A stretch of 64,000 nt of DNA from a virus. The notes below the pieces were generated by a model. That model was not told where the DNA came from, made no database searches, and saw nothing but the letters and a program-made list of their open reading frames with translations. Numbering within the stretch: position 1 is the first letter of the stretch; the number at the start of each line of letters is the position of its first letter. Position numbers and translations under genes: made by a program. Shown here one piece after another: positions 9,000 to 19,345 of the stretch. The stretch lies in IMG/VR virus record IMGVR_UViG_3300013126_000010, positions 120,708 to 184,707 of that record. One strand, 5' to 3'.

Positions 9000-9060
9000 A
9001 TTTTTTCGTCTGTAGTTAATAAAATTACTTCTTAAATACCCTGCATAAGATATTTAAGAA

Positions 9061-9082
9061 GTGACCCTCAAGAGAAGGTCAC
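9061..9082 (-). terminator. hairpin between oxidase and cytochrome genes
   Basis: GTGACC/GGTCAC inverted repeat. Confidence 0.4.
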
Positions 9083-9094
9083 TAATATTACCGA

Positions 9095-12000
9095 TTATTT
9101 CGCAACAGTCGGTGAGGTTGGGCTAGAAGGAACACTCGCACCAACTGCGTTTTTAGATTGAACTCTAAACATGTATGTTACATTGTTAGACAATCCTTTA
9201 ACAGTACCAGTTGACACGTTTGGTCCCAACGCAACAATAGTTGATGCATTGGTCCATCCTTTTCCAGCTGTACAGCTTGCGATCTTTGTTGGAGTGCTTG
9301 CAGTACATTTTTGTATTACAAATGTGGTATTGTTGTTTGATGTATCAGTCCATGTTACATCTACTGTATATGGACTACCAACAGTACCTGATACAGCACC
9401 ATTAATTATAGGAGTTGATGGTTTTGCCTTCATATTAACTACTGCAATATTACTAGCTGGACCAGCAGTATTACTTATCAATGGTGTTACTCTGAATGAA
9501 TATGTCACATTTTTAGCTAATGCCATCGTAGACACAAAATTCATGTTATTACCACTACCACTAAAAGTACCAGCTAATGTTGTCCAGTTATTAGTAGTCG
9601 ATGGTGAATATTCAACGGTATAACCAGTTTGCCCTGTTGACGTGTTAGTCCACGTTAAGGTAGTACCATTAACAGTCGTTCCAGATGCTGATGTAATAAC
9701 ACCTGACAAATCGGTTACTGCATTAAGAGTTGACCCAACAATATTTACTGAGTATGATACCGGTGCAGAACTTACACCTTTGCTATCGGTAACGGTTACA
9801 GTAAAGTTAAATGTCATCCCGTATACTGGAGTTCCACTTAAAACACCATTTGCAAATGTCACACCATATGGAACGGTACCTGTCAGATTCCATGTGTATG
9901 GACCTGTTCCACCAACAACACCAATGGTTTGGCTATATGCTGTACCAATTGCACCAGCTGGTAATGTAGCTGTAGTAATTGATGGAGTCAAGTTTTGACC
10001 AATTACTACGGTGTACGATTGTGATGCCACAGATGGCGTTGGATTTGCACTATCTGTTGCAACAATACTAAATGTATACGTTCCTGCAGTAGTAGGTGTG
10101 CCACTAATTACTCCATTGGCAACAGATAACCCTGGTGGAACTGTACCAGTAGTTGACCATGTATATGGTGTAATACCACCGCTTACACTAATTGGTTGAC
10201 TGTACGCTACATTAATATTACCGTTTGGTAACACTGTTGTCGCAATTACTGATTTAGTAATTACAATGGTAAACGCTCTTGCAGATGATTTAACATTTTT
10301 ACTATCAGTAGCAGTGACTGAGAAGTTAAATGTACCTGCTGCAGTAGGTGTTCCGCTAATAATACCATTAGTCAATGTCAACCCATTTGGCAATCCACCA
10401 GTCAATGTGAATGTATATGGACCAGTACCACCACCAGCTGTTACCGTTTGGTTGTAAGCATTACCCATATTACCATTTGGTAACGATGATGTCAATACAC
10501 TCGGAATCACACTTGATGTTCCAACAGTTAAGGTAGACTGAACTGTTGTTCTTTTCACTGGATTCGAATAATCAGAAACAGTTACACTAAATGAATATAT
10601 ACCAACAGCAGTAGGTGTACCACTTAACTTACCCGATGCATTCAATGTCATTCCTGGTGGCAATGCCCCTGCAGATACTGTGAATTTATAAGGAGCAGTA
10701 GGTGTTACAGTGTTAGTCAAACCACCATCAGCAGTGTAAGTTACTGGATTATATGCTACACCCAAAACACCATCAGCTAATGCTGGTGCAGTGATGTTTA
10801 ATGGCATAACCATTACCAATGGACGCATCATATCGTGCTCTTCATGTCCCAACAAGTGACAATGCCAGATATATTCCATACCATAATCAGTTAATGTATT
10901 CAACAATGTCATACCAGCACTATCAGTCATTGTAACCCCCAATGGTGATGCAGGATCTAATGGTCTAATAGAGTTTGGTAATTTCCATGGCAAATATGGT
11001 TGCACTGGTCTTACAGCAATGAATGTATCCAATGCTGGTGACAATCTAATTGTTTCTTTCATACCTTGTTCTTCTGGGTCAATCGGAAAAACAGTGCCAT
11101 CGATTGCAATACGACCAATTAATTGAACATTTACCAAATGGAAGTGCATATAATGTTGGTCAATACCTTGGTGATCAAGTCTCCAAATTTGGGTACCATC
11201 ACCCAATGTACCAACAATCGGATAATTACCAGTACCATCAACAAATGTTGGATCAACAATTTCTGTTGGTGGGTTGAAGAAGCTGTATGGATTAGCTACA
11301 CCAGCTTGTGGCCCAAGATTTGGCAAAGCACCACCCAACAAAGCGTTCATTCTACCATATTCCATGTCCCAGTTCTCGATAATAGCTTTATCTTGAATTG
11401 GTAATACTACATTAGTTGCACTCAACGTATTTGTATTTGGGTCCCATGGTTTAAATGAAAATGATGGGTCTGCCAAATTTGGTTGTTGTTCTGGAATTGT
11501 TTTACCATAAGCAGCACTATATGATGATGTTGGTACCAATGGTGCTTCTTGTGCCGTTTTGTATATTGATGGCCATGATGTTAACAATTTACCCATATTA
11601 AATGGAGCATCAGGTGTTCCATTAGTCATGCCAACCGTTTTAACAGCATCACAGTAATACAAACTCATCGTGTCAGTAATATTTGGATCGCATACATTGA
11701 CTTGCATAATAGTTCTAGTGTTAGGACCATATCCTGCCAACGTAGATGGTGCGCCACCTTGGAATGTATTATCTGGGTTACCTGCATAATAATCATATCG
11801 TTCATCAAAGAATGGGTATGGTGCAGGAGCATCATTATACAATATAACAGTTTTTCCTTTATATTTTGTAAAATCTACCAATGTGTCATGACGTTCCGCA
11901 GGTCCAACAACCAAACCATGTTCTTTTACACTTAGAGTAAAAATAACTCGACGTGATTGTTCATATGTTACTGGTTGAGTTGGTAATGTTTGTGGTAATG

Positions 12001-14374
12001 GTAACCATCCACCTTCATTTGCCAATATAGTAAATTGTGGACCAACACTTGCAGGATCAGGAGCACCACCATTGCGACCATCAGCAGGCCATGTTGCTGG
12101 ATATGCTGGATTCAACATTGCTGGTACCATTTTTACTTCTGCATTTGGTGCTGCCAGTGCAATGGCACCAGAACCAATACCACCATTAGAATCAGTAATA
12201 GTAACAGTAGGAATATCATCATACGCGGGTGATGCAGGTTGAGTAACAACCAAATCAACAATAGTCTGATCTAAAACTGCAGTTGCTACTGGAGTTACTG
12301 CACCAACCCCGTCAATAGATACTGTCGGTGCTGATGTATATCCGCGACCACCATTACTAACAGTGATTCCAGCGATATTTCCATTTGCATCCAATGTTAC
12401 AAACGCAGTTGCACCTGAACCACCACCACCTGTTATCGTAACAGTAGGTGTTGCCAAGTATGCAGGTGTATTAGTTAATGGATCTACTGTTATTGATGAT
12501 ACTATTCCTGAAACCACTGCAGATACTTGAGCAGGAGTACCAATAACGCCATTTTTCCAACCACCATTAAGGGTAACAATAGGATTTGTATATCCTGTTC
12601 CACCTTGAATCAATGATAATCCAATAGGGTCTGCAACATACCAGTTTAATGATAATGTGCGATCATCTGCACCATTCAATACTTTAAGTCTATGTGTATT
12701 AGGAGTTACAGATAGTTTTGGCCATGCTGTTCCATTAACAGTCGCACTATCCATAAATGATTCTGGAGTGCTAGTTGGATTAGTTGTACCCGGAACTTGT
12801 GGTGGCTCATTTGGTGTAGAACCATCTGGATTATACAACAAGTTTGCAATTGGACCAACAATCTGGGTTGTAATTGGAGGATAAATCCATGTATTGTAAT
12901 CCCAGCGACCAACATCATTAACACCACCTATTGACGTTGGGTGTTGGTTAGGCATATAAACATGTGGTAACCACAAATCACCATCCGTTGGGACTGCCGG
13001 TGTAGTTGCTGTAGCAGGATGTGAACCCCATGCCCATGTTGGATCTTGTTGAGCAATTCTAGTAGGATCTACCCATGTTTTATCTTGAATGATCAACGGG
13101 ATACCAATACCATCAGGCATTTTTGCTAATCCTGGGTTACCACCAGAATTGTTGGTACCATTAATCAAGTCATCTTCAACAGGATCTTTTAAAATATAAC
13201 CAGCTGCCATACCATCATACACATTCAATCTGGTAATACCATATGCATGGTCATGATACCACATGAATTTTGCAGACTGTTGGTTAGTGTAGTACATTGT
13301 GGTAGAACCTTGACCTGGATCATTGGTTGCACCAGGAACCGAACATACTAATTGTGCAGCACATACATCAATTGATTGACCTTGAGCATCGAACCACATA
13401 TCTGGAACAAATTTCAGACCAGTAGCACGTTTGTTAGGGTTAGTTTCACCAACTGCTGCGGTCCATTGATGCGGAGTACCATCAGAAATATAAGGTGTTG
13501 CACCACCATGTAAATGCACGGTAATTCTATTTTGAGAATACTGTGGACCAGCTCCCATAACAGTGTCATCAACCGGTAATGGTAAATTACCTGCCACACC
13601 AGTAGGCAAATAGTTGGTAAATTTCACCCTAACTGGTTTATTTTTATCAGCAATGATGTTTGGTCCCAAATAGTTTGGAGCATGTACAGCAAATACCTGA
13701 TTACCCGCTAAATCTTTAATTGGGGTGCTATCTGGATATGTTAATGCAACATGATCAGACACTTTACCTTGTGCTGTTAGCGTTGACATTACTGCAGGAG
13801 TTTCAATTTGAACATATCCACGCAACGTTGTTGGTGATAATGCGCTGTGCATTTTTTCAGTATATTGAACTACTGCAATCTCATAATAATCAGATGCATA
13901 TTCAACACCATCTTGTGGAACAGCTGGGGTTGCAGCACCACCATATGTTGTAGTGTCAGGCACAGCTACAACCAATTCCATGCCATTGGCATTAGCATAT
14001 CCTACTCGTGGCAAATCATCAATGAATTTTTTCAATCCACCAGAAACAATGGGTGCTCCTGTAAGAGGATCTAGTATATATGCTTTCGTTATAGGATCGG
14101 TTGCCAGTGTTGGTTGTGGTGAGTTTGCATAGTTCGGGGTGGTACTGAATTAATCAGGTTGTACTCCAAAAGTAAACTGATTCCCTGCACCAATACCAGA
14201 AGAGAATGTAGGAATATAGGCAGTAGGATAACATGGACCAACACCATATGATTTTTGACCCGGACAGGTTTGCCCATAGCCATTACCACTCCCCGGATTT
14301 TGAAGGACTGCAAATGATGATTGCGACATTGCGACCATCATTGCAGTAGTTAATAATTTATATTTTCGCATCAT
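9095..14374 (-). CDS. giant multicopper oxidase (MofA/OmpB-like) with four putative Ig repeats and FN3-like tail; interrupted by one in-frame TAA at 14150-14152
   Basis: all four Cu motifs VHLHGG, WYHDH, HYMHFH, WHCHLLGHEEHDMM; upstream 74-aa signal-peptide ORF is in frame and joined by an open 38-codon stretch (PD*FSTTPNYANSP). Confidence 0.85.
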
Positions 14375-14679
14375 TTTTTACCTCTAATTTTTTTAGCGGT
14401 TTTGTGATTATGTCCAAGACCAGTAAGTCTATCCATACTGGTTGGAACGTTGCACCCAGTTGTAGTTTGGCAACTAGCTACTTGTTTAGCAATAAATGCT
14501 TTTTGTCTATCAGCAGATGTGATCCAATTTCGTTGAAGATTTGGATTTTGATCTAAAAACTGATAGATGTTTTGCCCTCGGCTAAATGTTGGGGTAGTAG
14601 TACCTTTTCCATTTTGCCCTGCATGTGCACTAAATGATGACACAAGCATAACCATTATACATAAATGTATATATTTCAT
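14371..14679 (-). CDS. small exported protein of the oxidase cassette
   Basis: Sec signal ending SAHA; overlaps the oxidase start by 4 nt. Confidence 0.65.
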   Translation of the reverse strand: MKYIHLCIMVMLVSSFSAHAGQNGKGTTTPTFSRGQNIYQFLDQNPNLQRNWITSADRQKAFIAKQVASCQTTTGCNVPTSMDRLTGLGHNHKTAKKIRGKK

Positions 14680-14814
14680 TGTATTTTACCTCACTTCATT
14701 AAAAAGATGTTAAATTTAGATTAAATTTATTGATATTGCTATCCTCTGTATGTTATTGATAAAAGAAAATGTAAGATACATGCATATCTTATAACCGATG
14801 ATTCCATTCTATAT

Positions 14815-14960
14815 CAGGATGTATTAATTTTTTGACAGTCGCGTATACCACTTTCGCCACTTACCAGCCACCCGGAGGCTTATGGTCATTAGATGGGACT
14901 TGAACCCACACGTCTTTCGACAACTGTTTTTGATAAATTAAATTTGCTGAAAACATCCTA
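14815..14960 (-). ncRNA. cassette E3 enclosing circularly permuted tRNA-Leu(CAA)-like gene
   Basis: TAGGATGT/ACATCCTG stem plus TTTCAGCAA; 3' half (AT CAA AA ACAGT, variable arm, T-arm, CCA) precedes Leu-type 5' half ending ACTGT; acceptor stem only partly complementary. Confidence 0.7.
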
Positions 14961-15259
14961 AAAATTATCACATTGGTATGATTATTTTCCTACCAACATC
15001 ATTATAATCTATAATATCATGAAAAATTTGAAGTGTCAATCATTTTTGGAAAATTGTAAATATAAAACCTATTTTTTAAAATAATTAGTACACGCTGGCT
15101 GTATGCAACCAATTATTTTAAACCATCGTCGCTTCATGCTGCTGCCACATATTGGGCAAAAATCAGTGCACCATTCATTTATTAGGCGAGAAGGTGGTGG
15201 AGTTGGTTTTATTGGTGTTTTTATGTAATTTAAAACATTCAGAAGGTGTGAGAATATTT

Positions 15260-15343
15260 CAGAAGGTGTGAGAATCGAACTCACACAACCATTTCTGGTT
15301 GATGCATTAGCAGTGCATTTCCTTACCATTCGGACAACCTTCT
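15260..15343 (-). tRNA. tRNA-Ser(GCU), no encoded CCA
   Basis: AGAAGGT/ACCTTCT acceptor, ATGCA-CT GCT AA-TGCAT, long variable arm, G73. Confidence 0.9.
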
Positions 15344-15354
15344 GAAATATTCTC

Positions 15355-15621
15355 TTATTTTGTTTTATTAATAATATCAGAAATATCTATTCCGTGTTTT
15401 TCTAAATCCCAAATTGCATCGACGGTTTTTTCATTACAGTCTTCACTGAGTAAAGATTTAACACAATCTGATATAATCAGATTTGCAAAATTGTTATATA
15501 ACACTGTTTCATAATCAAACGTTATCCGAGATTTTCCATCCCATGATTTATGATATTCTGCTAATTCACTACTACTTTGTGTAATAGCATCTTTATATAA
15601 CTTAGAAATTAATTTATTCAT
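15355..15621 (-). CDS. hypothetical protein
   Basis: 88-aa ORF between tRNAs. Confidence 0.55.
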   Translation of the reverse strand: MNKLISKLYKDAITQSSSELAEYHKSWDGKSRITFDYETVLYNNFANLIISDCVKSLLSEDCNEKTVDAIWDLEKHGIDISDIINKTK

Positions 15622-15639
15622 AATATTAATTTATTTTGT

Positions 15640-15714
15640 TGGCAGACAGGTCCAGCAACGATCTGGAAACTATGGGTTTGGAGTCCATTGTTTTGCCAAT
15701 TAAACTACCTATCT
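15640..15714 (-). tRNA. tRNA-Trp(CCA)
   Basis: AGATAGG/CCTGTCT acceptor, CT CCA AA loop, atypical T-loop ATCGTTG, GCCA end. Confidence 0.82.
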
Positions 15715-15722
15715 ATGTTTTT

Positions 15723-15800
15723 AATATTAAAACACACTCACTTTAACATCACTACACCATTGATGATGTAGTGATGTTAAAGTGAGTGTGTTTTAATATT
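15723..15800. repeat. 34-bp perfect inverted repeat (10-nt loop)
   Basis: aatattaaaacacactcactttaacatcactaca and its exact reverse complement. Confidence 0.95.
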
Positions 15801-15873
15801 GGTAGGGCAGGAGGGTACTTCCCCCTCTTCACCGGTTTAAAGGACCGGTGCATCAATTTAATGCTTCAACCCC
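15800..15873 (-). tRNA. atypical tRNA-Lys(UUU)
   Basis: CCGGT-CC TTT AA-ACCGG anticodon arm (C33), T-loop GGAAGTA, imperfect acceptor, ACCA end. Confidence 0.65.
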
Positions 15874-15980
15874 AATATTATACTGATATTTGATTTACCG
15901 TGCCATCATTATCCTGTATAATATTGGGATAACGAGACACTATTGTTTGTGACTCTTCATAATTTTTCCTATTTTATAAT

Positions 15981-16511
15981 TTATTTAAACATAGCTAAAA
16001 TATCTTTCATAGCTTGAGTATTAGTGTTGCTGGATTGTCCAGCAAATACACCATATCTCATACCTTTATCATACAACCATTTATCATAATAGTCAATTAA
16101 TTTTCCATCCAGCCCTAACAGTTCATCACCATATTGAATTATTAAGTTATTGGGATGCATAAAATCCCTAACATTATATACATAATCAAATGATTCTTCA
16201 ATAGTCATTCCATGTTGTATACAAATCAATAATGCAACTGCTGTACTTCTACTAACTCCTGCATGACAATGAATTAATACTTTATCATTATCAGTGAAAT
16301 CTTTACTAAAGTTTAAGATATTTTGAATATGTTGAACTGATGGTGCAATAAACCCAGTAAACTCAATTGGTATATCATGAAAACGTTCTATATGATACGG
16401 GTTATCAGTATCAATATGTTGAGTATTTGGATCTATAACGCCGATTATTTTAGTACATAAATTGGCGCAACAAGATGCCTCATATATTCCAGTTATTTTC
16501 AATTCGAACAT
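15981..16511 (-). CDS. protein tyrosine/dual-specificity phosphatase
   Basis: HCHAGVSRS CX5R signature. Confidence 0.88.
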   Translation of the reverse strand: MFELKITGIYEASCCANLCTKIIGVIDPNTQHIDTDNPYHIERFHDIPIEFTGFIAPSVQHIQNILNFSKDFTDNDKVLIHCHAGVSRSTAVALLICIQHGMTIEESFDYVYNVRDFMHPNNLIIQYGDELLGLDGKLIDYYDKWLYDKGMRYGVFAGQSSNTNTQAMKDILAMFK

Positions 16512-16729
16512 ATATCATCCTAAAATATTAATGCGGTTACTATTCCACCACAAAGTCACCAATGTCTTCGATTCTACCTACTAGTGGAGAAAGGCGTTAA
16601 TTCACGTTCGTCCTCTATCATGTTCATTACCATGATTCACATTGCTGGACAGGATCTATTATTTTACAATTATTCTAGCCAGCCTTAGAATATTGCCCGG
16701 TATGTATCATAGCGATACAGTTTCAATAT

Positions 16730-16808
16730 TGGTGGACTATAATGGAGTTTAACCATTGCCATTCTAGAGTTTCTAGAACCTGCCTCCCAAATGTGACAGT
16801 TATAGCCC
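16730..16808 (-). tRNA. atypical tRNA-like RNA with Ala-type acceptor and non-canonical anticodon arm
   Basis: GGGCTAT/ATAGTCC-ACCA with G3.U70, AATGG/CCATT T-arm, but TTCTAGA-AAC-TCTAGAA anticodon arm. Confidence 0.5.
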
Positions 16809-16826
16809 AATATATTATTTTTGTAG

Positions 16827-17627
16827 TTACCTATTTTTTGAATTATATTTTCCACAACATCCTATACTACAAAATTTTCTATTTTTTCGAATATCGCGTG
16901 GACAAGCCTTGAATACAATTCCACAATTGGCGCACTCTACGTCTTTCCAATTTTTTCTTCTATCTATTATGACTTTTTCTTTAGGTTGTTTATCTTTTTT
17001 CCCAATAAACCACCCATTATCTAAATATGATTTCACCTCTTCGATTGGAATTATTTTAATAATTTCTCCCTGATGAATCCATGCCATTTGCTTACCATAA
17101 TTCCATGGTTTAATACCGTCTTGGTTTCTAATTTTATGACTATTACTAATTTTTAATTTTGATTCATCACTGTGATTCTTTCCAGTAAAAGTATCATATT
17201 TTATTTTACCATCTTCATGCAATTTAACAAATCGCTCTGAATTTCTTTTTTTATGGTTTTCAACACAATAAGGGTCATTCCAAAAAAACTCAGCTACTTT
17301 TTTTCCGTTTTCTTTTCGCTGTTCAACATCATAATTAGAATTTATATAATCAAATCCACCGTACCCGCCTCGTCTAATATTATATGTGTCAGATCGTGAT
17401 AAAAAATCCTCAGTTACTATTTCTTTTTCACGAGAAAACATAGCTGACGCATCATCAAAATACTCCAAAATATCTTTTGTGAAATTTTCAATTCCGTATT
17501 TTTGGATAGCTGCTTTAATTATTTTCCCAGACCCCATATAACCATCATCAAGATGTTTGGTTTTATGAACTCCGATATAAATTTTATTATTAATATTATT
17601 TGTTATTTTATAGATATAGTAATACAT
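16827..17627 (-). mobile_element. GIY-YIG homing endonuclease (free-standing)
   Basis: YYIYKITNNINNKIYIGVH; NUMOD3-like FTGKNHSDESK; C-terminal CxxC. Confidence 0.88.
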
Positions 17628-17661
17628 ATTATATTCCTCTATATCTATTTATAATAATTTG

Positions 17662-17733
17662 TATTCCCGACGAATCCTGCCATCGTACTGCCGCCTTGAA
17701 AGGGCGATGTTCTAACTTTTAAACTACGGGAAT
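17662..17733 (-). tRNA. tRNA-Glu(UUC), atypical T-arm, no encoded CCA
   Basis: ATTCCCG/CGGGAAT acceptor, TCGCC-CT TTC AA-GGCGG. Confidence 0.75.
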
Positions 17734-17784
17734 ATTATCTCTATATTTCTATTATATCATATTCAGATATAATGTCAAGTAATT

Positions 17785-17982
17785 TGGTGCAAGATTGTAA
17801 ACGTTTCAACTCTGCTCCCGGAAGCTTACTGGTGATCAATTCCATTCGCCCCCTCTTTGTTTGCATATTACCTCTATAACGGCCCTCTGGTGTACCAGAT
17901 ATTATATCGGGGCTATCAATTATAGTTTCATATGGTCACTTCGAACAGTCAGTATTTTACTGTTGCATACACGATGTCTTGC
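17785..17982 (-). ncRNA. candidate ~200-nt RNA with tRNA-like ends (tmRNA-like?)
   Basis: GCAAGA/TCTTGC-ACCA termini, several internal helices, short frame GCA AAC ... TAA (ANKEGANGIDHQ*). Confidence 0.4.
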
Positions 17983-18023
17983 GGTCACCGTATTTTAAGT
18001 TAGGATAGCATCAAGCGTCCTAC

Positions 18024-18290
18024 TTAAAATTCTTTAATTTCAATATAATCTTCAATCATACTTTTAGCTTTATCATATGATCTTTCATGCCATAAAATGT
18101 GATCTAAATCAGATACATGAACATCAGATGGAGTACCAAGATTACTAATCGATTTCAGATATTCTTCAGAACCATCAAAATAATTCAAAAATGCTTGTCC
18201 ATATCGATAAGTATCTACTTTAAGTAATGTCCAGTTATAATATGCCTGAAATTTTTCATATTCTTCTTGTGTTATACTAAAATCTATCAT
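18024..18290 (-). CDS. hypothetical protein
   Basis: RYGQAFLNYF motif typical of small phage proteins. Confidence 0.6.
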   Translation of the reverse strand: MIDFSITQEEYEKFQAYYNWTLLKVDTYRYGQAFLNYFDGSEEYLKSISNLGTPSDVHVSDLDHILWHERSYDKAKSMIEDYIEIKEF

Positions 18291-18497
18291 TTAATGGTTT
18301 TTAATAACTGTTTTACAGATGACATTACCATGTTCATCAACATTATAAGAATTAAATCCAAGACCAGTACAGAAACTTTCAGCATTGGTAATTACCGAAC
18401 TGTTTTTTCTAATTTCTACTGTAGATTCAATCCATGTGATAGTTGTTACACCAACACCAAGCATAAATCCAACTACATAAGGCATATATTTCATCAT
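18291..18497 (-). CDS. small membrane-anchored protein
   Basis: N-terminal hydrophobic helix. Confidence 0.5.
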   Translation of the reverse strand: MMKYMPYVVGFMLGVGVTTITWIESTVEIRKNSSVITNAESFCTGLGFNSYNVDEHGNVICKTVIKNH

Positions 18498-18700
18498 TAT
18501 TTCCTCGGCAATGATTCAAATTGTACTTTCAATCTTCTATTTTCACGTTCCAATAATGAAACTCTATTTTTTAGCCTATTCAATTCACTAATAATTATCG
18601 AAATATCCCTGGAATAATCTTTTTCAGTAGATTTCTGACCTTCTGAAACTATTATATCACTACTTTTATACTGTGTCAACATGTTTTTAATAATACCCAT
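18497..18700 (-). CDS. small coiled-coil protein
   Basis: heptad pattern. Confidence 0.5.
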   Translation of the reverse strand: MGIIKNMLTQYKSSDIIVSEGQKSTEKDYSRDISIIISELNRLKNRVSLLERENRRLKVQFESLPRK

Positions 18701-18719
18701 AAATAAAGTATTTATTATA

Positions 18720-19344
18720 GGTGGTCCAGGTTGATAGAATCAAACTATATACTGTCCACCTAGTTCTAATATATGGTTTAGAAGACCATTACCGGGTAAG
18801 TGTGTTTAATTGTTTGTATATCTTGTTCCATTAATAATAGAGAGTATAGTAGTTTTACTAACATTGAATAATTTAGCAAGTTTCCGTGAACTAAATTGAT
18901 GATGATTTTCTCTAATGTATTTCACGTCGTCCTTTGTTAATTTTGATTGAATATGATCATGTCCTTTTTTCGGTTGTCTAAGTCCCAACTCAGCCGCATG
19001 TTTAAGTTGTTCTGACATTGTTGCCCATTCTAAATTACTGACGTTATTATTCAGTTTATTACCATCTATATGATTTACAGTAAGTTTATTTTCTGGATTA
19101 TCAATAAATGCTTTTGCAACTAATATATGGATCTTAAAACACTTCGCTGGACTATTTCTACCATTAAATCTAGTCACAAACACACAATAACCTTTCTGTG
19201 TCACACTATATTTTAATTCTTTATTAGTTCTTTTAGAATATATTTTACCAGTATTAGATACTTGAAAATAATCTTCATAACCAACTACATCTTTCCATAT
19301 TTCAACCATAAACACCTTTAATATTAATACTGAGCTAAACCTGT
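18720..19344 (-). tRNA. atypical tRNA-Arg(UCU)-like gene split in the D-region by an HNH ORF
   Basis: 5' piece ACAGGTT-TAGCTCAGT (19344-19329); 3' piece ATGGT-CT TCT AA-ACCAT, long variable region, T-arm, AACCTGG-ACCA. Confidence 0.5.
18806..19315 (-). mobile_element. NUMOD4-HNH homing endonuclease
   Basis: EIWKDVVGYEDYFQVSNTG NUMOD4; HILVAKAF..VNHIDGNKLNNNVSNLEW HNH. Confidence 0.9.
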
Positions 19345-19345
19345 A

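Noticed and set aside
9171-14074. Numerous plus-strand ORFs inside the oxidase gene
   Set aside because: Shadow ORFs from the codon bias of the real minus-strand gene.
14150-14152. Genome-wide stop-codon reassignment
   Set aside because: TAA terminates most genes and code 11 gives dense, full-length ORFs; the interruption is isolated.
16827-17627. Group I intron housing the GIY-YIG ORFs (also 31748, 50114)
   Set aside because: No P7/J8-7 core elements or interrupted host gene visible; they appear free-standing.
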